64,000 nucleotides of DNA from Candidatus Latescibacterota bacterium. GTDB lineage: Bacteria > Latescibacterota > UBA2968 > GCA-2709665. Shown one piece after another: positions 37,438-47,164 of the stretch. The notes beneath the pieces are model-generated. The model was given only the letters and a program-made list of their open reading frames with translations, was not told the origin of the DNA and did not search any database. The stretch covers positions 4,704,001 to 4,768,000 of the forward strand of contig OZ244937.1 in the NCBI GenBank assembly GCA_965222075.1, written 5' to 3'. Position 1 is the stretch's first letter; every line of letters starts with the position of its first letter. Made by a program: the position numbers and the translations under genes.

Positions 37438-40400
37438 ATGGCAACTCTACCGGCGCAGGCCGGGAGCGAACGCACCTACTACACAGACGCCAGGCTGGCC
37501 ATTCTGAAAAGGAACCTGGAACAGTACGGATGGGCACAGAAAAAGCGAGACAAAATTTTCGCTGCCGCAGATCGATGGGCTAAATACGACGATGAAAAGC
37601 TGCGCTCCATCGTCATCCCGCCCCGGGTCCCTCGAGGGTATCAGGTCAACAACTTCGGGTGTCCCGTGCACGGCGTAAAGGTCCACGAGCAGGGCCTCTA
37701 CAAATGGATCATCGATTTTGACAACCCATTTAAAGTCAAATGTCCCGCAGGCGGCGAAGCATATCCGTCCAACGACTTCGCCAGGTACCTGGAATCGGAC
37801 ATGGTCGACCGGTCGCTCTTAACCGGTCCATACCCCGACGACGGCTGGGGCTGGCCCAAGCCGGGAGAGGAAGAACACTACTGGTTTGTGGCGTACTACA
37901 CCCACTGGAGCATGCATCAATTTTTACCGGCTTCAATCACCAGCTTAAGCAAAGCCGCCCTCCTCTCCGAAGATCTCGAACAGGCCGGGAGATACGCGCA
38001 CAAATGTGCCCTCATCCTGTGGCAGCTGTCCGTCTACTACCCCGGGTACGCTTACGAAAAACAGTCTCGGGAAGGCCAGGCGCGTTCTGATTACAAAGGC
38101 AAGCTCTTCAATGCGATCTGGGAAGTCGACGTACCGGTCTACTGCGCCCCTGCGTATGACGCGGTGCGCCCCTTTCTAAAGCAGGATACTGCGCTTCAAA
38201 AACTGGCTGGAAAAACAGCGGAGGAAATCGATGCGATGATCCGCGAACGCCTGCTCCTGGAGGCCGCGACCTGCATCACCGACCGGTCTCGCCGCATTAG
38301 AGGCAACTACGGCAGCCACCAGTGGGCGCTCGTCATTCTTTCGCAGGTCCTGAATGAGAATGCAATACATCCCACATCCGAAGAGATGATTCAGTACGTG
38401 CTTGCCAACCCGAACATCGACCTTTACACGGACCTGGGCATTCGAGACGCCCTGGAAAACCTCATCTACCGCGACGGCATGCCCTTTGAATCCCCCGGGT
38501 ACAACAGGGGCTGGGTGTCGCACCTTACGGACGTGGCGGAAGCGCTCATAAATGTTGGCGTGAACCTTTTCGAGACGCCCCGCTTCAAAAAACTCCTGAC
38601 CTGGTCATTTGAAATCCAGGTGGCAGGCCAATTTACGCCATCCCACGGAGATACCGGCGACATGTTTGCCCGGGGCGCCATGTGGAGCCCCGATGTCTGC
38701 CGAATCGTACTCCCACACATCCGGGACCCGCGCATGGCCCGGGTCCTCAGATCGGACGGCGGTCTGGAAAACGACCTCTTCGACGAACCTTCGGACGACC
38801 TCCTCGCCCAATTCCCCGAAGCCGAAATACCGCTGATAGGATTAAATACCTTCCATTTTCCGGCCTATGGTCTGGCCAATCTGCAGTGCGGCAGCGAGGA
38901 AAACCGCACGGCGGTCTCCTTCTTCTACGGCTCTCACGGGGCGCATATGCACCACGACCAGCTAAACCTCTCTCTCTTCTCTCAGGGCAACGCCCTGCTC
39001 ACCGACATCGGTTATCCCGAACAGACCGATCCGTTCAACCACAAACGCTACGGATTCTTCAACAACACCATTGCCCACAACACCGTCGTGGTAGACGCCG
39101 TCAAACAGGGCCGTGGCCCGGGCAAACTCCACGCCTTCCAACCCAACGGCTTCGCGCAGGTCGTGGATGCCTCCTGCGAGGGCGCTTACCCGAACAAAGT
39201 CGACCTCTACCGCAGGGCTAACATGCTCGTGCAGGTAACGCCCACTCAAAGCTACCTGTTCGACGCCTTCTACGTACGGGGCGGCCATCAGCACGATTAT
39301 TCCGTCCACGGCACCCAGGCTGAATTCTTCTGTGACCCTCCCCTCGGACCCGTTCAGGAAAATGGAACCCTGGCGGGGCCGGATGTGCCATACGAACACT
39401 TCTACGACGCCCCTGAACTTAAAGACAGGCCGCTGGGCAGCGTCCCTTATGGAGGTTACCGGGGCAGCGGATACCAGTTCCTCACCGGCGTGCGGAGAGC
39501 CCCGTTAAGAGGAGAAGCCGTCTGTGAGTGGCGCCTCACCGAACCAAAAGAGGGCCAGCCCGAGCGCGCCTGGCAAGGCATTGGCCTTCGGGCCCATCTC
39601 GTGGGAGAAAGTGAAGAACTCATTGCCTGCGATGGTCCGGTCCAGAAATACGACTACCTGCCCAAAACCGTGAAATTTTTGATCCGGCGTCGAACCGGAC
39701 GCAACCTGGCGAGCACCTTCGCCACCCTCTACGAACCCTACAAAGATCAACCCTGGATCGAGCGTGTGTCTCAGACGGAGCTTGAACCGGATGACGGCCG
39801 GGCCGTCGCTGTGCTTGTCGAGCTAACAGACGGCGGCAGGCACTACCTCTTCCATTCGCTGGCTCCCAACCAGACGTATACGCTTGACAACAGGGTCAAT
39901 GTTGAAGGACAGGCGGCCTGTCTTGTGCTGGACGGAGGAGGGGATGCCGTCAGGGCCATGCTCCTGAACGGAGTGGAACTGGCGATGGGCGACTTCTCGC
40001 TGAAGGGAAAGGGCCTGCGCCGGAGCAAAATCGTCTCGGTAGACTACGATGGTGGGACCGTTGAAATCGCCGATCCCCTGCTGCACGGAGACCTGCTCCC
40101 CGGTCAGACCATCCTCGTCGCGCCGGACGGCTTTGCGGACTGCGTCACCCTGCAGAAAGTAATCAGCAAAACCCGTTTCTCGATAGGCAATGAAGACCTG
40201 CGGGTCGCCGGAGGACCAATCATAGACATTCGCCCCGGAGAAAATCAGATCCTCTCCGGCGCGACCAACCCCCATGCGCAAATTGGCATGACAGTGTTTA
40301 ACAGCCGCAAAGCGCCTCAGGGACGGCTTGCCGAAAAGATCGAATCGGGCTGGACGCTGGACCGGACCGGCCTCGGTCCCCTTAAGCCGGAGGACTTCCC

Positions 40401-40500
40401 AAAGGCCAAAGGCGACCGGACCCCGCGATATTCGGTGGTCATGGCCGCCCCAGGCGATGAGGTGTGTATCCCTCACCTGACTCAGTTCCAGCGCCGGTGA
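37438..40500 (+). CDS. Heparinase II/III-like lyase with variant Zn-ribbon
   Basis: CPVH...CPAG; ESPGY; HGD; HMHHDQLNL; DIGYP; AHNTVVVD; GGAGG RBS before ATG 37438. Confidence 0.8.
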   Translation: MATLPAQAGSERTYYTDARLAILKRNLEQYGWAQKKRDKIFAAADRWAKYDDEKLRSIVIPPRVPRGYQVNNFGCPVHGVKVHEQGLYKWIIDFDNPFKVKCPAGGEAYPSNDFARYLESDMVDRSLLTGPYPDDGWGWPKPGEEEHYWFVAYYTHWSMHQFLPASITSLSKAALLSEDLEQAGRYAHKCALILWQLSVYYPGYAYEKQSREGQARSDYKGKLFNAIWEVDVPVYCAPAYDAVRPFLKQDTALQKLAGKTAEEIDAMIRERLLLEAATCITDRSRRIRGNYGSHQWALVILSQVLNENAIHPTSEEMIQYVLANPNIDLYTDLGIRDALENLIYRDGMPFESPGYNRGWVSHLTDVAEALINVGVNLFETPRFKKLLTWSFEIQVAGQFTPSHGDTGDMFARGAMWSPDVCRIVLPHIRDPRMARVLRSDGGLENDLFDEPSDDLLAQFPEAEIPLIGLNTFHFPAYGLANLQCGSEENRTAVSFFYGSHGAHMHHDQLNLSLFSQGNALLTDIGYPEQTDPFNHKRYGFFNNTIAHNTVVVDAVKQGRGPGKLHAFQPNGFAQVVDASCEGAYPNKVDLYRRANMLVQVTPTQSYLFDAFYVRGGHQHDYSVHGTQAEFFCDPPLGPVQENGTLAGPDVPYEHFYDAPELKDRPLGSVPYGGYRGSGYQFLTGVRRAPLRGEAVCEWRLTEPKEGQPERAWQGIGLRAHLVGESEELIACDGPVQKYDYLPKTVKFLIRRRTGRNLASTFATLYEPYKDQPWIERVSQTELEPDDGRAVAVLVELTDGGRHYLFHSLAPNQTYTLDNRVNVEGQAACLVLDGGGDAVRAMLLNGVELAMGDFSLKGKGLRRSKIVSVDYDGGTVEIADPLLHGDLLPGQTILVAPDGFADCVTLQKVISKTRFSIGNEDLRVAGGPIIDIRPGENQILSGATNPHAQIGMTVFNSRKAPQGRLAEKIESGWTLDRTGLGPLKPEDFPKAKGDRTPRYSVVMAAPGDEVCIPHLTQFQRR

Positions 40501-40516
40501 ATCCTGAAACTTATTC

Positions 40517-41809
40517 TCAGGCCAGCAGCTCCTGAAGCGCCTGCGTTAAGATCGCTTCGCACTCGGGCGACACGAACGCGTCCGTCGGCTCGTACCCGCC
40601 TTCCTCGTACGATTTCTCCATCGGAATATAGCCCGTCCCGCAGTCCCCGTAAGACGCCACGGCCACAAATCGGTCCGGCTGAAGCTCCTGCGAGAGGAGC
40701 TGGTATTCGATGAAAGCCTCTCCGGGAAGATTCACGATACAGATCCGGTCGCCTAAGAACAGACCCGTCAGCGGAATCGCCGCTCCCGACCCGACATAGT
40801 GCATATACTCGATTCGCAGCGCCATCTTGTACCGCCGGTTATTCGTCTGCGTGGTATTGTTCAGCACCTCCTGCAGTTCCTCTTCGCTATATCGCGTATC
40901 CGCTGGCAGGAACAGAGGGACAGTCCGCCATTCCAGGCGCTCAACGCTGACGCGTTCGGCCTCCTGCTCGGCCTGGACCATTGCCCTGTACATGCGCGCT
41001 TCAAAAATCGGCCGGTTCTCCGGCGATCCGTCGTTGTACTTTCCCGGCCCAATGTTGCCTGCGCAGCCCGTAAAGTAAATGTGTTCCGCGCCGCTATCTT
41101 CGGCGATCCGCCGTTCCCGGGCGTGCCCAATAAATTCCTTGTTCACCCAACCGTCCGCGTAGTAACTGCAGGGATGGACGGCGTAATAGTGCAGCACCGC
41201 CAGCTTCGTATCGCCGTTCCAGAAACTGATCGCCTTGAGCATCGGATCGATCAGCCCCTCCGGCTCGGCGCGAATCGCCGGATCTTCGCATCGGGTGTAG
41301 CGCACCGCTTTCACCTTCCCGTCGGGTCCCATAATACGCCGGTTGGACGCCACCCTTTCCACCTCTGCCTCTCCCAGGCAAGCATGCGTAACCGGCTGCA
41401 CCCTTCCCAACGCATCCCTCACCGCATCAGCCACGCGATCGATTGTGCCGTGGCACCATTCCACATCCATTAAATCGGGAAGGCCCTCCGTCTGAGCGAC
41501 CAGTTCCTGCGCGCCGATGTCGGGCCAGACCGCATCGTGCTGGTGCCCGCATTGGACCGCCACCCGCTCCTGCGTGGTACCGGCCGCCCCGGCCAGCCTT
41601 TCCCTCCACAGCGTATGTTCCCGGTTGGACAGTTCGCACCAGTCTAAGGCGCAGAGCACCACCGGCGCCTCTTCCCCCACAAGCACAACCCCAAGCGCAT
41701 ACAACTCGTCCGTTATGCCCACGGCAGACTTGATCCAGCCGGCGCAAAGCGGATGCCCGACAGGCGGTGTGATATCAACGCGGAATGTTGCGAGTCGAAG
41801 CTGTGACAT
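40517..41809 (-). CDS. Neutral/alkaline ceramidase-like metallohydrolase
   Basis: VDITPP, HQHDA, YAVHP, GCAGNI, LPGE and GGYE. Confidence 0.75.
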   Translation of the reverse strand: MSQLRLATFRVDITPPVGHPLCAGWIKSAVGITDELYALGVVLVGEEAPVVLCALDWCELSNREHTLWRERLAGAAGTTQERVAVQCGHQHDAVWPDIGAQELVAQTEGLPDLMDVEWCHGTIDRVADAVRDALGRVQPVTHACLGEAEVERVASNRRIMGPDGKVKAVRYTRCEDPAIRAEPEGLIDPMLKAISFWNGDTKLAVLHYYAVHPCSYYADGWVNKEFIGHARERRIAEDSGAEHIYFTGCAGNIGPGKYNDGSPENRPIFEARMYRAMVQAEQEAERVSVERLEWRTVPLFLPADTRYSEEELQEVLNNTTQTNNRRYKMALRIEYMHYVGSGAAIPLTGLFLGDRICIVNLPGEAFIEYQLLSQELQPDRFVAVASYGDCGTGYIPMEKSYEEGGYEPTDAFVSPECEAILTQALQELLA

Positions 41810-41843
41810 GGGAATCTCCTCCTTGAGTCAAACGCTATTGCCG

Positions 41844-43466
41844 TTACACCTCCACCTCCACGCCCGCCCCCCGCAAAATCCCGGCAAAATTCCCTCCAAA
41901 AATCTTCCGCTTGTCCTCTTCCGAAAGCCGCGTAAACATAAGCCATCCTGCCTGGGGACGCGGATCCCGCATCGGGGCGTCCGTCCCGAAAAGCAGGCGC
42001 TCCGCCCCTACCTGCTCGACCAGGTATTCGATCACGCCGTTGGTCACCAGCGTGTAATTCAACTGTCCCCAGACGTTGTCGTAGTCCGCCATCACCGAAA
42101 CGACCCACCTGGCGTACGCCCACCCCCGGCCGCAGTGGTCAAGATGAAGCCCGAGATGTGGATACCGTTCTGCCAAATTTCGAACACATCTATCCGCTCC
42201 TGCGTCTCCTCTGGAATCGAGCACCAGGTACAGATGGTGGTCGTTTCCGAATTGAAACCACCGGTCGAAAAGCGGATCGTCATAATCGATCGCCTGGCAC
42301 GCCGCAAACGTCTTCAGCCCGGGGAACCCCAGCTCGACGTGGTATTTCTGAATGACTGCTTCAATCTTCTCTTCATCGTCGTATTCCGGGTTAATCGTCA
42401 CCAGCCCGATAAATTCGTCCGGATACCGCGCCACGGCCTTTCCAACCACCTCGTTCCCCAGGTCAGAATCCATACTGAGCGGACCGGCCCAGGACATAAT
42501 CGCCGTCTTGTCGATGCCTGTCCGGCGGGTCAGTTCGATCATCCCATCCGCGTCTCCCCCAAGCGCAACCCGCTCTCTGCCCGTAACCGCCCCTCCGTCG
42601 TGCAGGATGTGGCAGTGGGCGTCAAGCACGGGGCAGGGAATGGGCTGCCCGGAACGGGCGGCCCCGGTAATCGCATCGTGCCAGGGCCCCGGGTCTGGAA
42701 CCCGGGTCGGCCCCTGCCCACCCAGCAGCCGCCTGAGGTTCTCCCCGGCAACCAGCCTCGCCTGCGCCTCCGAAGTAAGCGTAAAGTCCAGGAAGCCCCG
42801 CGCGGCACCCGGCGCCTTTTCGGGCAGACCGGTGCCGATCAAACACCGCTCCGCTCCGTATCGTTGCGTAAAATACTCAATCGCCCGGTTGGCCTGAAAC
42901 TGGCTGAACTCGATGTGCAGGTTCGGATACGCGTCCATAAGCAGCACGACCTGCTTCCACTGCCCCCAGACGTGATTCACCAGAAGCGTCTTGCTCTCCC
43001 TGAAAATCGAAAGCAACCGGTCTACCGAAGTCAAGTCCCCTCCATACGCAGGCGCCGGCAGCACACACAGAATGTCCCGCCCTAACAGCGCATCCCTGAG
43101 TTCTCCCCAGACCCGCTCCTGGATCGGTACGCCGTCATGCTCCGGCTGGAGTCTCACCGCCCGCACATCGTGCGTTTCCATCAGACCCGTAAATTCGCCG
43201 ACAGACGGAAATTCCCCGCTTACGGAAGGCATGGCCACCCAGCAGGGGAAAAGCCGATTCCGGTCGGATTCGATCTCTTCAACCAGCTTCAGATTCGCCA
43301 GCATTGGGTCGTAGGCTTCCGCCAGCCGGTGGTACACAAGCGCCCCGGCGATCCCCGCCAGATCCAGATCCTCAATCAGATGCGCTTTCGACCATCGGGC
43401 TTCCTTAGGTTTTCTCAGATACGGCCCAAACGAAGCATTGCAATCGAAATAGAGATATTCTCTCAC
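41844..43466 (-). CDS. Tandem amidohydrolase_2 domain protein
   Basis: Two TIM-barrel modules, each ending in GAER.L.GT (IGTGLP and FGTDAP); DAHCH in the second module. Confidence 0.82.
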   Translation of the reverse strand: MREYLYFDCNASFGPYLRKPKEARWSKAHLIEDLDLAGIAGALVYHRLAEAYDPMLANLKLVEEIESDRNRLFPCWVAMPSVSGEFPSVGEFTGLMETHDVRAVRLQPEHDGVPIQERVWGELRDALLGRDILCVLPAPAYGGDLTSVDRLLSIFRESKTLLVNHVWGQWKQVVLLMDAYPNLHIEFSQFQANRAIEYFTQRYGAERCLIGTGLPEKAPGAARGFLDFTLTSEAQARLVAGENLRRLLGGQGPTRVPDPGPWHDAITGAARSGQPIPCPVLDAHCHILHDGGAVTGRERVALGGDADGMIELTRRTGIDKTAIMSWAGPLSMDSDLGNEVVGKAVARYPDEFIGLVTINPEYDDEEKIEAVIQKYHVELGFPGLKTFAACQAIDYDDPLFDRWFQFGNDHHLYLVLDSRGDAGADRCVRNLAERYPHLGLHLDHCGRGWAYARWVVSVMADYDNVWGQLNYTLVTNGVIEYLVEQVGAERLLFGTDAPMRDPRPQAGWLMFTRLSEEDKRKIFGGNFAGILRGAGVEVEV

Positions 43467-43503
43467 AACTCGAAGCTCCTCCCCAACAGGCAGTCGTCAA
43501 CCC

Positions 43504-46209
43504 TCATTCACGCACCGATTCTGTCGAATGAAGCAGGGTCACCCCCTTGCATTCAACCGCCGGATAATCCCGCACCGTGATCGACCTCGCATCGGTGGAT
43601 TCGATCTCGTAGCCGGTTTCACCCGTCAGCAGATAAGTCCCCACAAGCCCACCCTCCCCCGGCACGTCCTCCCCCAGATGGTAGGTTCTCCCTTCAACCG
43701 ACGCAACCTTCAGCGGAGTCCGGCCTTCGGAAAGCGTCAGCTTATCCTTCCCGCACCTCAGTTCCGTGCCGTCCAGCAAATACGCCCGCAGCAGGTTGCC
43801 TTCCGAATCCACAGACGCAAACCCGAAGCGTCCGGTCATCGCAACAGGCCCACACCGGCACCCTGACCCATCCGGTGACGAGAGAACATAATCCGTGCAT
43901 CCCTCCCGCTCGACGGCCACGGCCATCGCCCCGCTCTCTGCATCGTCTAAGACGAGACGGGCCGATTGGATCGGTGACGTCTCTCCCTCATACGGCGCCA
44001 TCACCGCCGCGTACCGGCTGTCCCCATCCGTCCGTTCCGCCAGGATCTGATGCACGGGCGGTGCATTGAGCTGGTCGCCCCGGTCGCTGCGCCATCCCGG
44101 CGCATCCACCACCAGGAGCCGGTCGATCGGGTTCAGCAGCCTCAGATCCAACCGCACCCCCTCGTGCGCCCACGTCGCCGTGAACACATCTTTCGGGATT
44201 GCCGCCCGAAAGTTGCTCAGCCATTCGATCTCCTCGTCCACAGGCTCCGGATCGGCGCCCGTAATCCCCACCATCTTCCCATTGCAGTGAAAACCGTACT
44301 GGTGCAGCTTTCCTCCCCGGACCCGGAAAAAATCTACCGCATAACTCTGTCCCTCTGGCATCTCCACCAGCGCACAGGTTCTCTGATACCGGTCACATTG
44401 TTCGTACGCATTGGCCGATGCCTGAACCACCTCAACGCCCGGTCCCCTGCCGAACAGCTCCAGCCTCGAGTGACAGTTTTTCCCATTCTGGCTCATCCCG
44501 TCCACCGTCACAATATTGTGGGAGCGCGTGCTTCCGGTCCAGGCATTGCGAGGGTCATCCCAGATGTACCCTCTATCGGAGGCCATCTCCTGTTTATGGG
44601 CAATGTAAATAACCCCCAGCGTATCACGGTGTCGGTGGCCGCCATGCGCGTACCCGTTCAGATAGAACGCCGTATGGTCGCTCACCTCTTCACCCCGCAG
44701 CACTGCCACGTGCCATCCGGGAAACCATTCCGAAACCAGCGGCAGGTCCATCTCCTGTTGCGCCTTCAGGTCCGGATCGCGCTGCCACAGTGCGTACTCG
44801 CTCCCAACCTCCGAAAGCGGCGCCCCCTGCGCCTTCTCCAGCAGCCCGGCGTAGCGGCTCCCGTATCGGTCTGTCAGAATTTCAGCGTGTATGGTATGGA
44901 GTCCCTCGCCTGCGTGGGTATCGCCAATCACCGGGTATTGCATACGCGGGTCCAGGATGCGCACCATACTCTCCAAGGCCAGCCGGTACCGGTCGAAATG
45001 CTGAAAAGGATTGAAGTCCTTTAACCGTTCCCCCTCGTCGGGTTCATATCCCTCCGGATCGGAATACCCCATGAGCACTTCCGGGATCTCGCGCATTATA
45101 TTCAGGTGCATGTCCGAGTATGAAGGTGACTCGGTGCAGAGCCCGTCGAAGTGAAACCCTTTTTCCATCAGTTTTTCAATCCCCTCAATGGCGCGCCGGA
45201 TGCCTTGCGGTCGTCCAAACAGAATGCCGACAGCGCCGCTCAACGCCCTCCCGCGTCCACATTTGTTATTAATATCCGGCCAGTTCTCCGTATCCTCACA
45301 CCCAGCCAGGATGAGATCCTCCCGAATCCGCCGGTCCATCTCGGCAGTCAGCACCGGTGTCCCATCCCCGTACTTCGCATCCCGGATCAGATCATAGCTC
45401 AGAACCGCATTTAGAATCATACCGCCGTCCGACCCGCTGCACCCAAAACGTCCGGCGCCCCAGAAGCCATTAAACAAACGCGCAGAATCCCCCTCGCGGT
45501 GCCTTCCTTCGAAAGCCGAGATAATGGCCTCGGCCGGAAACTTCCCGGCCGGCGGATGTCTCCCCATCTCGGCTGCGGCCTCGCCCGGCGGCAGGTCCGC
45601 AACCGTCCCATCGTAGGAGTGAAACAGCCAGCTGGGATACCGCTGCGCCATAATATCCACAATCCACGCCGCCCGTTCGGCGTACGCCACTTCACCGGTT
45701 ACCGCATACAGCTTGGCCAGAACGCCCATTATTTCATAACACCAGCCAGCTTTGTTCGACCTCACAACCCCGCTCCAACTCGTATGCACCGGATAGCTGA
45801 CCCATTTGAACGCGTACTTGCCCGAGGTATTCTCCGGGTGCGCCCGCTCCTCGTCCGTCAGATAAAAAGTAAAGGTCTGCCCCATCCTGGGAGCGGTGAC
45901 ACTGCCCGTTTCCGGGTACTCGGGATCGGGATACTCCGTCTTGCAGTATTTGCAGATCAGCTTATCCGGATCTTGCACGTCCCAGTCGTAAATCCCGGTC
46001 TCTCCCATCGTGGACAACCGGCCGACGCAGACCGGACAGTTCTGCCCGTACTGGGACCACATCGTCAGCTCGGAGATCATTTCCTCGAAAAATCCCCGCC
46101 CCTGTTCCATTGCATAGGCCACCTCCTGCTTCCACCCCGCCACAATCGCCTGGGCCCACGCGTACCGTTTCACATTCTCCCGAGCAAAGGACACATCCTG
46201 AATGTTCAC
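43504..46209 (-). CDS. Heparinase II/III-like lyase with Zn-ribbon
   Basis: CPVC...CKYC; ESPSY; IGD; GGHRHRDTL; SHNIVTVD; a paralogue of 34307-37318. Confidence 0.8.
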   Translation of the reverse strand: MNIQDVSFARENVKRYAWAQAIVAGWKQEVAYAMEQGRGFFEEMISELTMWSQYGQNCPVCVGRLSTMGETGIYDWDVQDPDKLICKYCKTEYPDPEYPETGSVTAPRMGQTFTFYLTDEERAHPENTSGKYAFKWVSYPVHTSWSGVVRSNKAGWCYEIMGVLAKLYAVTGEVAYAERAAWIVDIMAQRYPSWLFHSYDGTVADLPPGEAAAEMGRHPPAGKFPAEAIISAFEGRHREGDSARLFNGFWGAGRFGCSGSDGGMILNAVLSYDLIRDAKYGDGTPVLTAEMDRRIREDLILAGCEDTENWPDINNKCGRGRALSGAVGILFGRPQGIRRAIEGIEKLMEKGFHFDGLCTESPSYSDMHLNIMREIPEVLMGYSDPEGYEPDEGERLKDFNPFQHFDRYRLALESMVRILDPRMQYPVIGDTHAGEGLHTIHAEILTDRYGSRYAGLLEKAQGAPLSEVGSEYALWQRDPDLKAQQEMDLPLVSEWFPGWHVAVLRGEEVSDHTAFYLNGYAHGGHRHRDTLGVIYIAHKQEMASDRGYIWDDPRNAWTGSTRSHNIVTVDGMSQNGKNCHSRLELFGRGPGVEVVQASANAYEQCDRYQRTCALVEMPEGQSYAVDFFRVRGGKLHQYGFHCNGKMVGITGADPEPVDEEIEWLSNFRAAIPKDVFTATWAHEGVRLDLRLLNPIDRLLVVDAPGWRSDRGDQLNAPPVHQILAERTDGDSRYAAVMAPYEGETSPIQSARLVLDDAESGAMAVAVEREGCTDYVLSSPDGSGCRCGPVAMTGRFGFASVDSEGNLLRAYLLDGTELRCGKDKLTLSEGRTPLKVASVEGRTYHLGEDVPGEGGLVGTYLLTGETGYEIESTDARSITVRDYPAVECKGVTLLHSTESVRE

Positions 46210-46235
46210 ATTTTCTCCTTTCGAGTTTGGCGTTC

Positions 46236-47135
46236 TCACTTTGCATCCATCCCCCGCACCGGATATATCTCCCGAAACCTCTGAAACTCCATCCACGCAT
46301 GGTCCGCCGCATACCCGTTGGGAATCGCTTCGGTGCTTTCGGGACGCTTGTAGACCACCCGGACGTGCAGCGTTTCAGGTTCATCCTCGCTGAGCTCATC
46401 CACCTCCCACGCAAAATCCCACGCCGGGCTACTCTGCCCTGGAAGCAGCGACTGCCCGGCGCCCGATGGGGAAAGGTAAAACCGGAAGCCAGGATAATCG
46501 TCGGCCATAATCTGGAACATCATCCCCCGGATCATCCCGAAATAGAAGGGATAATCAAAGGTATGTCCCGAATCCGAGTAGCTGAAAGTCCGCCGTCCGT
46601 CCAGAAACGCCGTGGCCACATCCTGTCCCCAGGCTTCCCGTCCGGCCACATCCAGATCGGTTGGAAACACCATCGCTCCCTGTCCGTGCACCGGATTGTA
46701 ATAATAGGTCCACAGGCCCTTTTCAATAAAATGAATCCCCTTCTCCATCGGAGAATTCACGTAACAGCACCAGCCAAAAGAGGTGCGGTCCTGCGGCCGG
46801 TGCCCGGATCGGGCCGTCGCCGTCATCTCGTAGTCGATGTAGTGCGGCTCCAGAAGCCGGTAGGTCCCCCGCGTCTCCACGAAATTATTTGCCTCACACG
46901 CCTCCTTGAACAGCTCCACCCTCACCGCGTCCAACCGCCGCACCGAAGGCCGCGTCCCCCTGTGGTGCCCGAACAGCAGCAGGCCGTTCCCCTGCGACAC
47001 CGCCGTATGCTTATCCTTTACCGACGTCAGAAACCAGACCCCGCTGTGCTGGTCCTGTCCTGCCCCGTGGTCCGTATCGTCCCCCACAATCGCCCGCAGC
47101 TCTCCGGCGGAGATAAAATAGCAATGTTCGCTCAC
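46236..47135 (-). CDS. Hypothetical beta-rich protein (possibly galactose-mutarotase-like fold)
   Basis: Operonic ORF with AAGGAG RBS; SPSGAG...PAWDF motif. Confidence 0.6.
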   Translation of the reverse strand: MSEHCYFISAGELRAIVGDDTDHGAGQDQHSGVWFLTSVKDKHTAVSQGNGLLLFGHHRGTRPSVRRLDAVRVELFKEACEANNFVETRGTYRLLEPHYIDYEMTATARSGHRPQDRTSFGWCCYVNSPMEKGIHFIEKGLWTYYYNPVHGQGAMVFPTDLDVAGREAWGQDVATAFLDGRRTFSYSDSGHTFDYPFYFGMIRGMMFQIMADDYPGFRFYLSPSGAGQSLLPGQSSPAWDFAWEVDELSEDEPETLHVRVVYKRPESTEAIPNGYAADHAWMEFQRFREIYPVRGMDAK

Positions 47136-47164
47136 AACACGCTCCTTGTCTTGGTTGAACAGCG

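Noticed and set aside
37408-37455. Signal peptide MRKIRMGGLIMATLPAQA on the third lyase
   Set aside because: The hydrophobic core is too short and the strong GGAGG RBS points to ATG 37438; at most it is a vestige.
41517-43085. 522-aa plus-strand ORF (likewise 26142-27602, 15609-16829, 56502-57704 and similar)
   Set aside because: These are antisense shadows of well-supported genes, expected at high GC3, and carry no motifs.
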